From NCBI RefSeq assembly GCF_009914755.1, contig NC_060925.1: a DNA stretch of 64,000 bases; one strand, written 5' to 3'. Under the pieces are notes generated by a model. That model was given only the letters and a program-made list of their open reading frames with translations. It searched no databases and had not been told where the DNA came from. This DNA is from the human T2T-CHM13v2.0 reference genome, Homo sapiens. Positions 1 through 19,211 of this stretch are shown here, piece by piece. The stretch's first letter is position 1, and every line of letters begins with the position of its first letter. The position numbers were made by a program, and so were the translations under genes.

Positions 1-756
1 GAGTTAATTGTAAAACAGCCTCAGGCAGGTCCTTCGGGAGGTGTTCCAGAAGAAGGCATTAATAGAATAGGAGATGACAGCTCCCTGTGTGTTATTGCCC
101 CGAAGACCTTCCAGTGGGAGAAGATGTGGAGGTGGAAGACAGTGATATTGGTGATTCTGATCATGTGTAGGCCTAGGCTAATATGTGTGTTAATGCCTTA
201 GTTTTTAAGAAGGTTTAAAAAGTAAAAATAAAAATTAAAAAATGTAAAAATAGAAAAAAGTTTATAGAATAAGGATATAAAGAAAAAATACGTCTATATT
301 GTTATACAGTATGTCCATGTTTTAGGCTAGGTATTATTACAAAAGAGTTAAAAAGGTTTAAAAATTTTTTAAGTTTATAAAGTTAAAAAGTTACAGTGAG
401 CTAAGGTTAATTTATTATTGAAGAAAGAAAAAAATTTTTTTATAAATTCAGTGTAGCCTAAGTGTACAATGTGTATAAAGTCCGCAATAGTGTAATGTCC
501 TAGGTCTTCACATTTACTCACCACTCACTCACTGACTCACCCAGAGCAACTTCCAGTCCTATAGCTCCATTCATTGTAAGTACCCTATACAGGTGTACCA
601 TTTTTTATCTTTTATAATGTATTTTTACTGTGTCTTTTCTATGTTTAGAGATGTTTAGAGACAAATACTACCATTGTGTTACAATTGCCTACAGTATTCT
701 GTACAGTAACATGGTGGACAGGTTTATAGCCTAGGAGCAATAGGCTCACATAACTG
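1..756. mobile_element. Tigger3/MER7 (Golem)-type TcMar DNA transposon remnant, runs off the window start
   Basis: Matches remembered Tigger3b/MER7 sequence (cctcaggcaggtccttc...ggaagacagtgatattg...gcctaggagcaataggct); ends cacataactg|TA. Confidence 0.75.
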
Positions 757-759
757 TAA

Positions 760-1070
760 GTAATGAGAATAACAAACTGTAGCTACATACAAGAACATGA
801 TGGCTCTCACAAATGTTAAACAAAACAAGCCAGACACAAAGAATACATATTACATGATTCCATTTACATGGAGTTCAAAAAACAGGCAAAAATCAGGAGT
901 TTACCCTTGGGGAATGGATAGCAATTGGAAAGAATATGAGCCGGAACTTCTAGGATGCTTGTAATATGCTGTGTTCTGGGTGCTGATTCACTTCATTTTT
1001 CATCATGTTGTATACTTATGATTTATCCATTTTTCTATATGTATGTAACACTTAAATTCAAAAAGTTTAC
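760..1070 (+). mobile_element. Old L1ME-type 3' end fragment
   Basis: aagccagacacaaagaatacatattacatgattccatttacatggagttcaaaaaacaggcaaaa, typical of L1M 3' UTR; boundaries approximate. Confidence 0.55.
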
Positions 1071-2084
1071 ATTAGAAAATGAGTGAGATCTTTGTGCACT
1101 GATACTGGAAAATCTCCACTCCAGGATATAAGTGAAAAAAAAAAAAGGCCTGGAATAGCATATATAGCATGCTCCCAGTTGTAATTGGTGATTTGTTTTT
1201 TAAAAAATAGTATGTGTTTCTCTATGCATCAAGAAATTCTTGAAAGATAATAGACAAATTGTTAGCATGGTTTTCTTCAGAAGATCTGGAGTGAGACGAG
1301 GCTTCTCATATTCTTTATAATATTTGTGGTTCTTTTCCTATACACATACATTACTTGTTAAAATTTTTTTAATGTTCCTTTAAAGAAAAGTGAGTTGGCA
1401 ACTTAATACAGAGAGGACTGTAATTTTGTAAGTTTTAGAACAAACTTCTGTTTGGGTTTTTTTTTTTTTTTTAAACAGGTACATATTTGCTTACTAACAC
1501 AACCTAGCCCCATTGTTAAGTGTGCAGGCTTTGGAGCCAGATTGTAGGGTTATTACATCCTTGTGATCCTGGGCAAGGAACCTATTTTGAGTAAGCCTTA
1601 GTTTCTTCATGTATCTGCTGAGAAAAACCAATTTATAGTGTTGCTGTGAGAACTAATGAAATTATGCATGAAAAACATTGAGTATATTGCTTACCCCAAA
1701 ATAAATGCTTAATGATTGTTAGCTGATTTTTAAGTTAAAAATTCATGAAGCCATGGGAAGTTTGTGATGGGACCTTATATATCTTTTATTTTTGGGACTC
1801 ATGGATCAGAGAGATGATATACTTATTCTTAAAAATGATACTAATTTGTTTTTTGATTCCCTGGAATTTTTTATGATGATCTTGTCTAGCAAGAGTATTG
1901 TGGTTTAATCCCAGTAAATCTACAAAAGTTTGCTTCAGGGAGATCATGCCAAATGAAGGAGGTTTCATTGTATTGCTTATATATGCCCTTAGGTTTTAGA
2001 TTTATGTGCAATTGAAAGTTTTGGATCTTTGATGAATAACTTGACTATTAACAGTTAAAATTGCCTTTTGCTTTTTGAAACTTT

Positions 2085-2378
2085 TTTTTTCCTTCAGAGA
2101 CAGGGTCTCTCTCTGTTGCCCAGGCTGGAGTACAGTGGCCCCATCCTAGCTCACTACAGCCTAGACCTCCTGGGCTCAGGCGATCCTCCTGCCTCAGACT
2201 CTTGAGTAGCCAGGAATACAAGTATGGAGTAGCACCATGCCTGGCTAATTTTTTAACTTTTTTGTAGAGACAGAGTCTCACTATATCGCCTAGGCTGGTC
2301 TTGAACTCTTTGCCTCCAGTGATCCTCCCACTTTGGCCTCCCAAAACACTGGGATTACAGGAGCCACCATGCCTGGTC
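2085..2378 (-). mobile_element. Alu (AluJ-like)
   Basis: poly-T followed by antisense Alu body. Confidence 0.85.
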
Positions 2379-2864
2379 CCTGTTTTTTGAACCATTTTGA
2401 AAGTAAATAAGTTCATTAGCTTAAATATAGTATTTTCATTCAGAAGAATATATCTTTAGCATTTATTGTTTTACAGAGGTCCTTGGGGTTTTTGTTGTTG
2501 TTGCTGCTGTTTTGGTTTTCGCTGACTTTTCTAACAAATTGTGGAGTTCAAGGATATTTTATTCAGATCATATTTACTGAAAGCCTTAGAGATTTTCTAG
2601 TTCCTATGTTATCAAGTAGAACTTAGGTAAATATGTGTTTAGATTTTATAAATATGGATTACATTTTCTGTTCATGGCAATTTTCTTCCTATGTAGGACA
2701 GAATACTACTGTTGCTAGGGTCATGAATATTTGAACCCTAAGCAGGCTATTTCGCTTTCTTTTATGTATGGCCACAGATATTAACTAGACAGAATTAGAA
2801 AATTTTGATATATTAGAGCAAATCTATCACCACCACTACTAAAACAGTTCAAAATATATGCCTA

Positions 2865-3219
<355 letters not shown>

Positions 3220-3259
3220 TTAAGATATATTTATTACTTTTTTCCTTTTCTGTTTTTTT

Positions 3260-5070
3260 TAATTGAGGTGAAGTTCACATAACATAAAATAAATTTCATT
3301 TTAAAGTTAATAACTCAGTGGCATTCAAGTACATTCACAGTGTTGTACAACCACCACGTCTATCTAGTTCCCAGACATTTTCATCAGCCCAAAAGGAAAC
3401 CCCACTCTCCATTCCCTCTCCTCAGCTGCTGGCAACCACTAATCTGCCTTCTGTCTCTATGAATGTTCCTATTCTGGGTATGTCCATAAATGGTGTCATA
3501 CAATATGTGGTATTTTGTGTTTGGCTTCTTTTAGTTGGCGTAATGTTTTCAAGGTTCATCCATGTTGTAGCATGTATCAGTACTTCATTCTTTTTATGGC
3601 TGAGTAATATTCCATTTTGTGTATGTATCACAATTTGTTTATCCATTCATTCATTGATGGACATTTGGGTTATTTCTATCTTTTGGCTATTGTGAATGGT
3701 ACTGTTAGGAACATGCATAAACATGGATTTGTTTAGTACCTGTTTAATTTTCTGAGGAGCCACCAAACTGTTTTTCACAGAGGCTTTACCATTTTCCATT
3801 CCTACTAGCAGTTTATGAGGATTCTGTTTTCTGCACATCCTTGCCAACACTTGTTTTCTATGTTTTTGTTTTCTTCATTATATCCATACAAATGGGCGTG
3901 AAGTGGTATCTCATTGTGGTTTTAATTTGCATTTCCCTAATGACTAATTATATTAAGCATCTTTTCATGTGCTCATTGGCCATTTATATATATATTTTGG
4001 ACAAATGTCTATCCAGGTTCTTAGCCCTATTTTAATTGGGTTGTTCATTGTTCCATTGTTAAGTTGTAAGAGTTCTTCATGTGTTCTAGATACTAGACCC
4101 TTATATTAGATAAATGATTTGCAAATATTCCTCCCTTTTTTTTTTTACTTTCTTGATAATGTCTACTGATGTTTTAAATTTTGATGAAGTCTCATTTATC
4201 TGTTTTTCCTTTTGTTTCATGTACTTTTGTTGTGATACCTAAGAATCTATTGCCAAATTCAAGGTCATGAAGATTTATCATTATGTTTTCTTTGGAGTTT
4301 TATGGTTTGAATTCCTATATTGAAGTCATCAATGAGTTTTGAATTAATCTTTGTGTATGCTGTGAGACAAGGGACCAACTTCACTTTTTTGCATGTGAAT
4401 ATCCAGTTGTCACAGGACTAAGCTGTTGAAGAGAATATTCTTTTCCACTGAATGGTGTTGGCACTCATGTTGAAAATCAATCAGCCATCGATGTATAGGT
4501 TTATCTCTGGATTCTCAGTGCTATTCCATTCATCTATATGTCTGTTTTCATACCAGTGCCACAATGTTTTGATTACTATAGCTTTGTAGTAAGTTTTAAA
4601 ATGACAAAGTATGAGTCCCTAACTTTGTTCTTTTTTCATTATTGTTTTAGCTATTTGGGACCTCTTGGAATTCCATATGAATTTAAGGATTGACTTTTTC
4701 AGTTCTGAAAAAAAGCCATTGGAATTTTGATAGGGATTGCATTAAATCTGTAGATTGCTTTGGGTAGTATTGCCGTCTTAACAATATTAAATCTTTAAAT
4801 CCATGAACACAGGATTCTTTTCTACTTTAATTTCTTTCAGCAGTGTTTTGAGTTTGTAGTATACAGGTCTTTCACTTACTTGGTAAAAGTTATTTCTAGA
4901 TGTTTTATTCTTTTGAATGCTATTGTAGTTAGAATTATTTTCTTAATTTCATTTTCAGATTGCTCATTGCCGATGTATGCAAACACAAGTGAATTTTGTG
5001 TGTTGATCTTGTACTCTACAACTGTGATGAATTTACTAATTCTAGTAGTTTTATTGTGGATTCTTTGGGA
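3260..5070 (-). mobile_element. Old L1M (L1MB-like) 3' region, degenerate
   Basis: Antisense L1 3' UTR and ORF2 end; minus-strand ORF remnants such as KKNEVLIHATTWMNLENI. Confidence 0.8.
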
Positions 5071-5189
5071 TTTGTGTTATTTTTGTTTCCTGACTGTTGT
5101 AATGCATCTGTGGTCTTTGCTTAGGAATCAGGATGTAAAACTATATATCATTTTCCATTTATAACTTCCTAACTAATCTTGCCTTTGTA

Positions 5190-5750
5190 CTTGTTCCCTT
5201 GTAGTCTGTTCACTTAACAGCTAGAGTAGCCCTTTAAAATAATTCATGAGGTCATGCCGTGTATGTACAAAACCTTCTACAGGCTTGTACATCAGAGTAA
5301 AAGCTTAAGTCTTGACAAAGTACTGAAGAGCTCTGTCTGATCTACTGCTGACCAGTTCTTTACCACTATACCTTTGTTTGTTCCAATCATAGTAACTTGG
5401 CTTTCTTCCTAGAGCAATCTATCTTAAGGCCCTTTGTACTTTCCCTCTCTACAAGGAGCCGTCTTCCCCCAAACATCCCAATGCTTTGTTCTCTATTTCC
5501 TTAAGGTCATCTCCTTAAGTGTCATCTCCTGAGAGTCTTCCCTGACCGCCCTACCTAAAATAACACCTAACATCATTCTTTATCTCCTTACTGTAGTTTT
5601 CCTTCAAACCCCTTATCTGACTTTATGCAGAACAGAAATTTCCTGAAGATAGGTATTTTGTCCGTTGTTCATCACTGAATTGCTAGCTCTTAGAATGGTG
5701 TCAGGTGTAATAGGCACCTAATCAATACTTGTCAAATGAAGGAATAAAGT
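5190..5750 (+). mobile_element. L2 3' fragment
   Basis: Ends taggcacctaatcaatacttgtcaaatgaaggaat, resembling the L2 3' tail; boundaries approximate. Confidence 0.5.
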
Positions 5751-6079
5751 TTCCTCAAGTAAAAGGAAAAAGAAACTAATATATACTGAATACTCATAAT
5801 GAGCCAAACGTTATTCTAGGCATTTGATATATGTTGTTCACATTTAATCTTCTTAATAAACTTATGAGAATAGATATTATCCCCATTGATCAACAAAGAA
5901 ACAGAGACTTTAAAAAAAAATAAATAATTTGGCATCGCTAGGATTTGAAATCTGGTCTGTAGTACTTGATTCCAAAGCAAAGGCTTTCTCTACCGTGTTA
6001 TTTTAAAATTATTAAATCTTCTATATACTACAGAGAATACAAAGGTAAACAATAAATGGTTATTTAAGTATATAAATTA

Positions 6080-6385
<306 letters not shown>

Positions 6386-7429
6386 AGTTTGTATGTAATT
6401 AAATTCCAAATGAGCAGTACTGTCAATAAATTTTATAGTTATTTGGAAAATCATTAGACCAAATGGAAGTGTTTCTCATACAGTGGGCTTAAAACGAAAT
6501 ATGTTGATTCAGTGAATTTATGAACAGGTAAGGATCCAGGATCTGTCTCTTAAATAGTAAGTAGAATTTGAATTAGTGGAGAGAAAGAACAAGGCCATTT
6601 TAAGTAGAGGGAACAACATAAGTAAATGTGAAAAACAAACTTATTAAAAGGATAATAAAATTCATCACGAGTCAAGAGTTAATATTTTAGGGGTGCTGCG
6701 AGATAAGTTTGGGAAAAGTGAGTTGGTGATTAGATTATGAAGAATTTGAATTGTGAGGCTAAGGTATCTAAAGTATTTGAACATTATAATTACTGGCGAG
6801 CCATAGAATAATGATATTGAACATTTGTGTGGACATAATGGGCAATAGAATGTAGTGCTTAAGAGTATGAACTTTGGAGCAAAACTGGGTTCAAATTCTA
6901 GCTTAGGTCAGTAACTAAGCAAATGACAACCTCTCTGTGCTCTAGTTTCCTAATCAAATGGAGATAATGGTTTTTAACTCAAAGAGCCATTGTGATGGTT
7001 AAATGAATTACCAATTATTCTATGTAAAAATACTGAGAACAGTGCTTAGCACATAGTAAGCATTCCGTAAATATTAACTGTTGTCATTTATATGACATTT
7101 AAATTTTCACACTACTTTCATGTGTACTGTTCCTTCTCATTTTCATGGCAACTCTGTGAGGTAGATATTACTATATCCAGTTTAATAATGGAGTAAATGA
7201 AGCCAAAGAGAGGTTTTGTCATGCCGGATCCCCAAATGACAGAACTGATCACATGATTCTAAGCCACTTCACCATGATTCTTTGTAATCTAAAAAACTAA
7301 TAGAACAATGGGATGACATGCTGAAAGTCAAGTTTTGGGAAATTATTCTAGTGACATTCTGCAGAGTAAAATGAAGACGAGAAAGAACCCACAGGCGACT
7401 TTTTAAGGCTCTTAAAATAATCTAGGTTT

Positions 7430-7769
<340 letters not shown>

Positions 7770-7881
7770 TTATGAAAAATTTCTATGCCAGGGCTATATC
7801 ATTGAGAATGAAGACAAAAGATTATTAATTCAAGGGAAGTTATGAATTTTATAACTGACCAATATCTTAATATTCTTTCAG

Positions 7882-8072
7882 CTGTATTTAAACTTGAAAC
7901 AGATAGAAGTATATGGCCCTTGATAAGAATCTATCGGGGTGGCTTTCTTCTGATTGAATTCCTTTTTCTACTGGGCATCAACACGTATGGTTGGAGACAG
8001 GCTGGAGTAAACCATGTACTCATCTTTGAACTTAATCCGAGAAGCAATTTGTCTCATCAACATCTCTTTGAG
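7882..8072 (+). CDS. XPR1: XPR1 coding exon 8 (191 nt; [21 protein letters not shown]...HQHLFE)
   Basis: Translation matches human XPR1; acceptor ttctttcag|, donor GAG|gtaatc; phase 1 to 0. Confidence 0.97.
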
Positions 8073-8293
8073 GTAATCAAAGCAAGACATAACACCTCAT
8101 GAATATAGTTTGCATTAGCTATATAGCTATCTGGTTTAGTGGGTACTTAAATCCATCCTCTACTTGAAGAGGATTATTAGCTTAATAACTAATCATGTTT
8201 CTTACTTTTGTTTTATTAAAGATATTTTAAGTAATGGTAAAAGTAAAAATAACAATTTTTCTCTATCTTTCTGTCTTCCCCATCCTTTACTAG

Positions 8294-8473
8294 ATTGCTG
8301 GATTCCTCGGGATATTGTGGTGCCTGAGCCTTCTGGCATGCTTCTTTGCTCCAATTAGTGTCATCCCCACATATGTGTATCCACTTGCCCTTTATGGATT
8401 TATGGTTTTCTTCCTTATCAACCCCACCAAAACTTTCTACTATAAATCCCGGTTTTGGCTGCTTAAACTGCTG
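8294..8473 (+). CDS. XPR1: XPR1 coding exon 9 (180 nt; [14 protein letters not shown]...FWLLKLL)
   Basis: Acceptor tttactag|, donor CTG|gtaagt; phase 0-0; preceded by a 221 nt intron. Confidence 0.97.
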
Positions 8474-8897
8474 GTAAGTCCAGAAACTTGTGTACCACTT
8501 TTAGAGTGGCATATTGGTTATTGACTTCCTCTAAGATAAAACCAAGGCTGCTAGGTTGTACAACTGCAGAGGCCGTGGTTCACATTATAGTTTATGTGAG
8601 TGGAGGCCCTGGGAAAAAGTACTCACGTATATTTTCCTCCTGAGATCGAGTATCAGGTGGCCAAATATTGAGATGATTTTGTAAATTATAAACATTTTTT
8701 ACTTCGCTTAACTAGCTGTGATAAGATGTAGAACTTTGTAAGTTTCCTTCCCCCAAAAAAATGTGGTAAAAGAATTATTTTCCTGTTAAGTTGATGTGAG
8801 TATCAACCGAACATTTTATTTTAGGAAAGATTTGTTCTCTAAAAGCAGTAGGAATATCTTACCAGATTATCAAGTTTAATTTGAAAAATTGACTTTG

Positions 8898-9195
<298 letters not shown>

Positions 9196-9397
9196 AAAAT
9201 TGACTTTGATTCTTGTTTATAATAAGTTCTTTTTTTCTTCCACTTTACCTGTCTCTTAATGATCTCAAAATCATTTAGCCTCAGCAGTGAAATAAAATTT
9301 CCTGCAAAACTGTAAAGCTTTCTTCTGTAAAGATAACTCCGGAAGGGGACTTCTGTTTACTTGTAAATTGAGCCAGCTCTTTTTGAAAATCATTTGA

Positions 9398-9715
9398 GGC
9401 CAGGTACAGTCGCTCATGCCTATAATCCCAGTATTCGGGAGGCTGAGGTGAGTGGATCCCTTGAGCCCAGGAGTTTCAGACCAGCCTGGGCAACATGGTG
9501 TAAACCCTGTTTACAAAAATTAAAAAATTAGCTGGGTGTGATGGTGCACACCTGTAGTCCCAGATACTTGTGACGCTCAGGTGAGAGGATTGCTTGAGCC
9601 AGGAACGTCAAAGCTGCAGTGAACCATGTTAGTGCCGCTACACTCCCAGCCTGGGCAACAGACTGAGACCCTATCTCTAAAGGAAAAAACAAAGAAAGAA
9701 ACAAAGAAAGTAAAT
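9398..9715 (+). mobile_element. Alu (AluJ-like)
   Basis: Diverged dimeric Alu with (GAAA)-rich tail. Confidence 0.85.
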
Positions 9716-10000
9716 CAATTGAGAAAACTTTCATATGATTATTTCTTAGGTTATGAATTACAGCTAACAATAAAGATTAGTGATTAAATTGACCAATCTC
9801 TATAAAAACTTTCAGAATTGCTCTATTTTCTCACCTCTTTTTCACTTTATAAGTATACGTCCTTGAAAACTGCAGTTCCTATTGTTTTTCTTTTGTATGC
9901 CCCTTATGTTAGCAAAGGTTTTTTTGTTCTTAGCCAAACATAACAATTTTTTTTTAATCTGAAGACATAAAATATGGCTTTCTATTAAGAAAAACTGTAG

Positions 10001-10306
10001 AACCAGGTGCAGTGGCTCACGCCTGTCGTCCCAGCACTTTGGGAGGCCGAGGTGGGTGGATCACCTGAAGTCCGGAGTTCAAGACCAGCCTGGCTAACAT
10101 GGCAAAACCCCATCTCTACCAAAAATATAAAAATTAGCCGAGTGAGGTGGCACGTGCCTGTAATCCCAGCTACTCAGGAGGCTGAGGCAGGAGAATCGCT
10201 TGAACCCAGGAAGTGGAAGTTGCAGTGAGCCAAGATGGTGCTGCTGCACTCCAGCCTGGACGACAGAGTGAGACTCCTTCTCAAAAAAAAAAAAAAAAAA
10301 AAAAAA
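10001..10306 (+). mobile_element. Alu (AluSx-like) with A24 tail
   Basis: Dimeric Alu. Confidence 0.9.
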
Positions 10307-10467
<161 letters not shown>

Positions 10468-10962
10468 TTACTATGATTACGTAATTACAGTAACAGGATA
10501 ATATAGTTGTGTACATTGTGTGCTAAGTGGGCATTTCCCCAGTGTATCCTTTGTTTAAATAGCAAGCTGTGATTCATGCATGACTAGTTACTCCTATTAG
10601 CAGAATGATTGCCCATTGAGTAGATATTTATTTGTGCATCTGCTGTGTTTTTGCTAATAAATGAGGACTTGTTGATGGAATAGGTTGACAATGGTATAAG
10701 CAGTAATAGAATAATAAAATGTACTATCAGATACACTGAAATATAGAAGGAATAATTTCCTTCTATATTTGTGGTTTGTTGTTTTTGTAGTAACTGTTAT
10801 AAACAGAACAGTGTTATCATTTGTAGATAATTTTAGTATTAATTGACCTGCTGACTTATTTTAATTTAAATCTCACTGGGAAAACTTACCCTTAGACTGA
10901 TTCCTAGTGAATTAACAAGAATGTGTTCACTCTAGTTATGTTTTTCTGATACCGCTTTTTAA

Positions 10963-11300
<338 letters not shown>

Positions 11301-12037
11301 CATCCTTTTCTTTAATTTTTAGTGAGAAAAGCACATAGGTCATAATGGTAGGCACTGGGTGCCATTTATATCCATATTTATATTGGAATCTATGGAATTG
11401 ATATATGCTATGCTCCTAAAAACAAAGCTAAAAAAATTTATAAGAAATTGATTTATTTTGATATGAATATTGTATGTCAAATTAGTATAGATTATTTACA
11501 TCCATTAGGTTATACTTTCTCTCCTTAAATCTATATTTACCTCAATCAGAAATCTAATTAGGTAGCATAAACAGTGCCTCAGATTTTCTAAACAAAAATA
11601 TAAATTTTAACTCACTATATTAAAAGTAAGCTAATTAAAAATTTTAAATTATAGTCCTTTGTTACATAATTTAGACATCAGTTTTTACCAACAGTCTCTT
11701 TAGTTCTATAGTAAAAATTTTACACATTTCTATTATAAGAATAGAGAGGTGTTGTCATTTAGTAACTACTTTATGTATTTTAATTTTAAAAATAACCCAC
11801 AAGTTGGAGCTGCTATTAATCCCTATTTTATAAATGAAGAAACCTACATTCAGAGAAGTTAATTAACTTGCCTAAGGTCACATAGCCAGTGAAGTGATGA
11901 AGATGAGTTATGAACCCAGGCAGTCGTTTATAATCTGTACTCTTAAACACTAACATTTAACACTTAGCCCTATTAGTCACTTATGTTAGATGTTTAACTT
12001 TGATCTAGTGGATCAAACTAGTAGAATATAAAAATCA

Positions 12038-12325
<288 letters not shown>

Positions 12326-14534
12326 TTAGCTATTTATCAGTATTAACTTAAAAGAGGATGTTAACATGTTCTTTGTAATAATTTAGTGGCTTTTTTGTGT
12401 AGGTGGTAAAATATCAGCTATCCAGAATTGTCTCTGGCTTTCATAATACTGTTACTCTAGGAATTGTCACTTTAATCAAAATCACAGGGTAGAAGTGGAG
12501 AAGTTGAAAGGCCTTATCAAGATTAAGAAGAGAAGGAGGAGTGAGTTACAGAATTCTCTCCCAGAAGGCGATATCAGATAAATCTAGAATGAATTTGACT
12601 GTGTGTAAATGTCAGTGAGTTGAGTATGATGTTTATGCTCTCCCTCTCACCCGGCCTCTGACAGAGTGACTTCTTCTTTTCTCTGTATTTCCAGGGTATT
12701 TTGTGTGTATCTCTATAATATGGTGCTATAATTATACCTTTATGTATTTATTTGCCCAACTAGACTGTGGATCATTAAGGCCTGTAAGCCGCAGTGCCTG
12801 ACATTTAATAAATACTTGATAAGTCTTTGTTAAATACATGAATGACTGTAATTATATTCTTCCCTTCATTGGTTGTATTATATAACATTTACTACTCCCT
12901 TCTTTCTTCCTTTTTTCATTTTCTCTTTTTGTAAATTTTCCCTTCTTCCCAGTTTTTTTTTTAAATTTTCATGTCAGTCCTATCCTTTTTCAGTCCCATC
13001 CCACCATCCCTTTTTTCCTTATTTAATGCATTATCTCCCTCTTCTGCTCTTATGGAGATTTTCTGAATTAGCCAGGTTTTGAGGATGGGGTTGGCAGAGT
13101 ATGAGAGTAATGATAGTCTGTCTCATGTCAGTTATAAAGAAATTTGTCCTAGGCTACCAGTTTCATAATAGTTCATGATTAGAGATGGATTTAGACTTCC
13201 TGATCTTTTGGTGTTATATCCTAAATTATTCTATATTTCTGTCACTTTGAATCCTTTAAGTCCATTCTGCACACTAGAGTTTCTTAAAATATTACAGAAA
13301 CTGGTGCCAGAGCTTCTTCGTGCATAGATGACTACCATCCTACAGTCCCCCTCTTCCTCACAAAAAGTTTGCTTTATCGGGCGCTTATGGTTGCAAATGG
13401 TATAGATTGTCTCTCTGGTTTGTTGGACTCATGGAAAGATTATGAGAGTGGTTAAGAGACTGAGCCATGGAATGAAAGTATATCAGCACCAGAAAATAAT
13501 GTCTCAAAGCCTGTATGATGTCCCACAGACACCTGGTCTAGCTTCCAAAGCTCCAAGAAAGTACCCGTCATAGGTAGTTGACATCCAGGATTGAGTCATA
13601 ATGTGACCATTTATCTCCCTGACATAATAAAAATAAATATTTAGAGAAACAGAAGACAGATCCAGCCAAGTCTGAGAAGAGAGTTACAGATTCCCAAGTA
13701 GAATATGTCTATGAAATGAATATAACTAGATAATCAGAGCTAGAGATTAGATTCATTTTCTCAAAACTTCTACTTACTCAGAATTTCTTCTTTCAGGAGT
13801 CACATTTCCTACTGTATAAGATAGAAAGGGGTCCTTTAGGATGAGGATTAAGGCTTCCTTCATCCCATCTTCACTTCACACAGCGCTTATCAAGACAATC
13901 TGCACAATTTGAGCCTATTTCTGGTAATTGCATTGGTACCTACTTCCCTTCTCTGCAATGCCAAGATTTCCCTTTGTAGTGATAAACAGGCTTCCACAGA
14001 ATATGTTAGGAAGAGTCTGTGTCGGTCTTCTGTAAAATGGGGATATGAATAGTTCCTAGCTCATGGAATTGTTATGAAGATGAGTTAATGCTTGCATAAA
14101 GCCTTGAGGAAAATACACTGCATGAGTTACTGCCCAATACATTTAATACATTTATCATGTGTTCAGAACAGTGGGAAGAGGGCTGATTTTTGTGGTATAA
14201 TTTCAAGATGTACACAGTCATTACCATGTCATTAGTGAAAAGAAAGTGGCTTTGGTTAGATAATGAGGCATGCCTCAGATGGAGTACCATCCTTTCCTAC
14301 TTATCCTCTGTAAGCAAAGAAGAGTTTTGTATTCAGTTAGCTAAGATGGAGAACAGTCTAGAAATTATAGCACTTGCCTCTCCAGCAAAACTTCCTAACT
14401 TTAGAGCCTCTCAGTGCTTCTATCTTTTGCTGCTCTGTGCTTTCAAATTCAACTCTTCCCACCTCTTTGCTTTCTATTTTCTTTTCTTTTTCTTTTTCTT
14501 TTTTTTTTTTTTTTTTGATAACATGGGTGAATTT

Positions 14535-16745
<2,211 letters not shown>

Positions 16746-17196
16746 GGTGAATTTATTTCTTAAGATTTGAGTGCAAACTTAAAAACAAGAACAAAGCTTT
16801 TCATCAAGAATAAACACAAAAGCTAAACAATTCTTCAGGCGTGCATTTCAACAGAAAGTACAAATATGAATACATTATAATTTTTAACTGCATTTAAAAA
16901 TTAAAATATTTCTCTCCAAATCCAAAACAGTACAGTCTTTAATCTGTTCTCATCTTTTTTAGATGAATTATAAACATTTGTCATATGCTATCTGGAAAAT
17001 ATAGACAAGAATTACTAATCAGTTCTTTATGATCAAAGAAACATTATTCTCCTTAACTGTGAGTTTTTGAATCATTTATCTGTATTTCAGTTCAGAAATA
17101 CCATATAATTACACCTCCACTCTAGACAAAAAAAGAATACAAATATCAAGGAGTAGGAACGTTCATAGAATTAAAGCAGAAGTCACAAGTGTTTGA

Positions 17197-17512
<316 letters not shown>

Positions 17513-18008
17513 CTGTAATAAATTTTTAAAGTACAACTTTAGTTAATGGCTGACATGTATGTAATAATTGTGAACAATTTAGGTATAAAAATGTGAGATC
17601 AAAATCTTTAGGCTCAAATACTTGAAAAGTCAGTATGAATATGGAAAGATTTGTTTACATAAACGTGTATATTTTTAGATGAAAAATCAGGGGGTAGTGG
17701 CATCTCCCTGATCCCTTAACAATATTTGGATTTTTGCAAAGAATTAGCAGCATCCATGCTGTTTTCTAACTATAGTTATTCCTGCTTTTTTTCCTCCTTT
17801 ACTTCCTTTCTTAGTTATCCATTCAGCTCATTCCTTTCACTGCTAATTCTCAACCTAGCCACTGTTGCCAGGTCTCTGTATTTATGATTGGTTCTTTGGT
17901 TTCCATTTTATCAACTAAAGTAATCATGCTGAATGGTCAGACATGAAATGGAGACATTTAATACGACTTTTCTTGTTTCTGTGTTTTCTGATTTTTTTTT
18001 TCTTTCAG

Positions 18009-18180
18009 TTTCGAGTATTTACAGCCCCCTTCCATAAGGTAGGCTTTGCTGATTTCTGGCTGGCGGATCAGCTGAACAGCCTGTCAGTGATACTGATGGA
18101 CCTGGAATATATGATCTGCTTCTACAGTTTGGAGCTCAAATGGGATGAAAGTAAGGGCCTGTTGCCAAATAATTCAGAAG
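18009..18180 (+). CDS. XPR1: XPR1 coding exon 10 (172 nt; [24 protein letters not shown]...PNNSE)
   Basis: Strong polypyrimidine acceptor tctttcag|, donor GAAG|gtaggg; EXS-domain [10 protein letters not shown] motif; phase 0 to 1. Confidence 0.97.
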
Positions 18181-19211
18181 GTAGGGTATGAATTTGCATC
18201 TATACTACTAAATCGCTGGTGTAAACCAAGATATATTGGGAAGGATAAATGAGAAAGTTAAGGTCATGATGAAAACTTACCCAATAATATTATAAACTTA
18301 ATTTAATGTACTTGGCATTCTGTTAGCAGTCTCCTTATCTGATATAATTTGGCTTTTAAATTATGCATTAGGATTTCGTCTGTCCATTTGCCAAGATATT
18401 TACAACTTACACTTAAAGAATTCTAAAACTTTCTTCTAGCACATTGGTAGTTATATTGCAAGTGCTTTCATGCCAGCAATTTGTTGTCTCACTATTGCTG
18501 TATAATGTAACATATATACCAGTGATCAGAAATACTAATTATTTAGAAATAGATCAAGTGCTTTGAGAGTAACTACAGATTGCTTTTTAATTCTTACTTG
18601 GGATGTTATTTTTCTTCTGGCCGTTTTCGCACCCCCCCCTTAGTTTATGCCAGCAGTTCAAGTTATTAAGGAATTTTGCCTTCATGACAAAGATCTCATT
18701 GAGATAGAATATGTAACATGTGACTAACGAAAGTTGATGAAGCCGATGCTGACACATTCTTATTGATTGCCAGTGGATCACAGTTCTGTTGTAGGTTGAT
18801 CACACTCAATTCTGAATTTCAGAATTCAAGGAAAAGTTGATTTACCAACTCCATTCTTATTTAAACACACAGTTTGTTCTTGGTTTAAAAAAAGAGGGGA
18901 GGTGGGTGTACAAGAGAATGTGCTCTTGGGTGTCTTGTGTTGTGGTGGTTTGGAATTCACAAAATTGTCTAGAATCACTGGTGATACTTGTAGGTTTTCC
19001 AGATGTTTCAAATTACAGAGCCAACCCGTTTTTTCCTCCTTCTATTAGTATACTCATCTTCTAATTTTCTTACAGTTTTATCACACTCCAAAGAAAGTGA
19101 TTCCTGGACAGATATCCATAAATCTGAGAGAGCAAATTTCCCCACTAGTTCCCCCACAACATATTTTACCTTCTCTCCTTGACTTATCTATCACTAAAAA
19201 GCTTGAGAATA

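Noticed and set aside
18729-18820. C/D snoRNA-like layout (TTGATGA ... CTGA with GAAA/TTTC ends)
   Set aside because: Imperfect C box, 4 bp off-register stem, no recognisable rRNA/snRNA guide; common by chance in AT-rich introns
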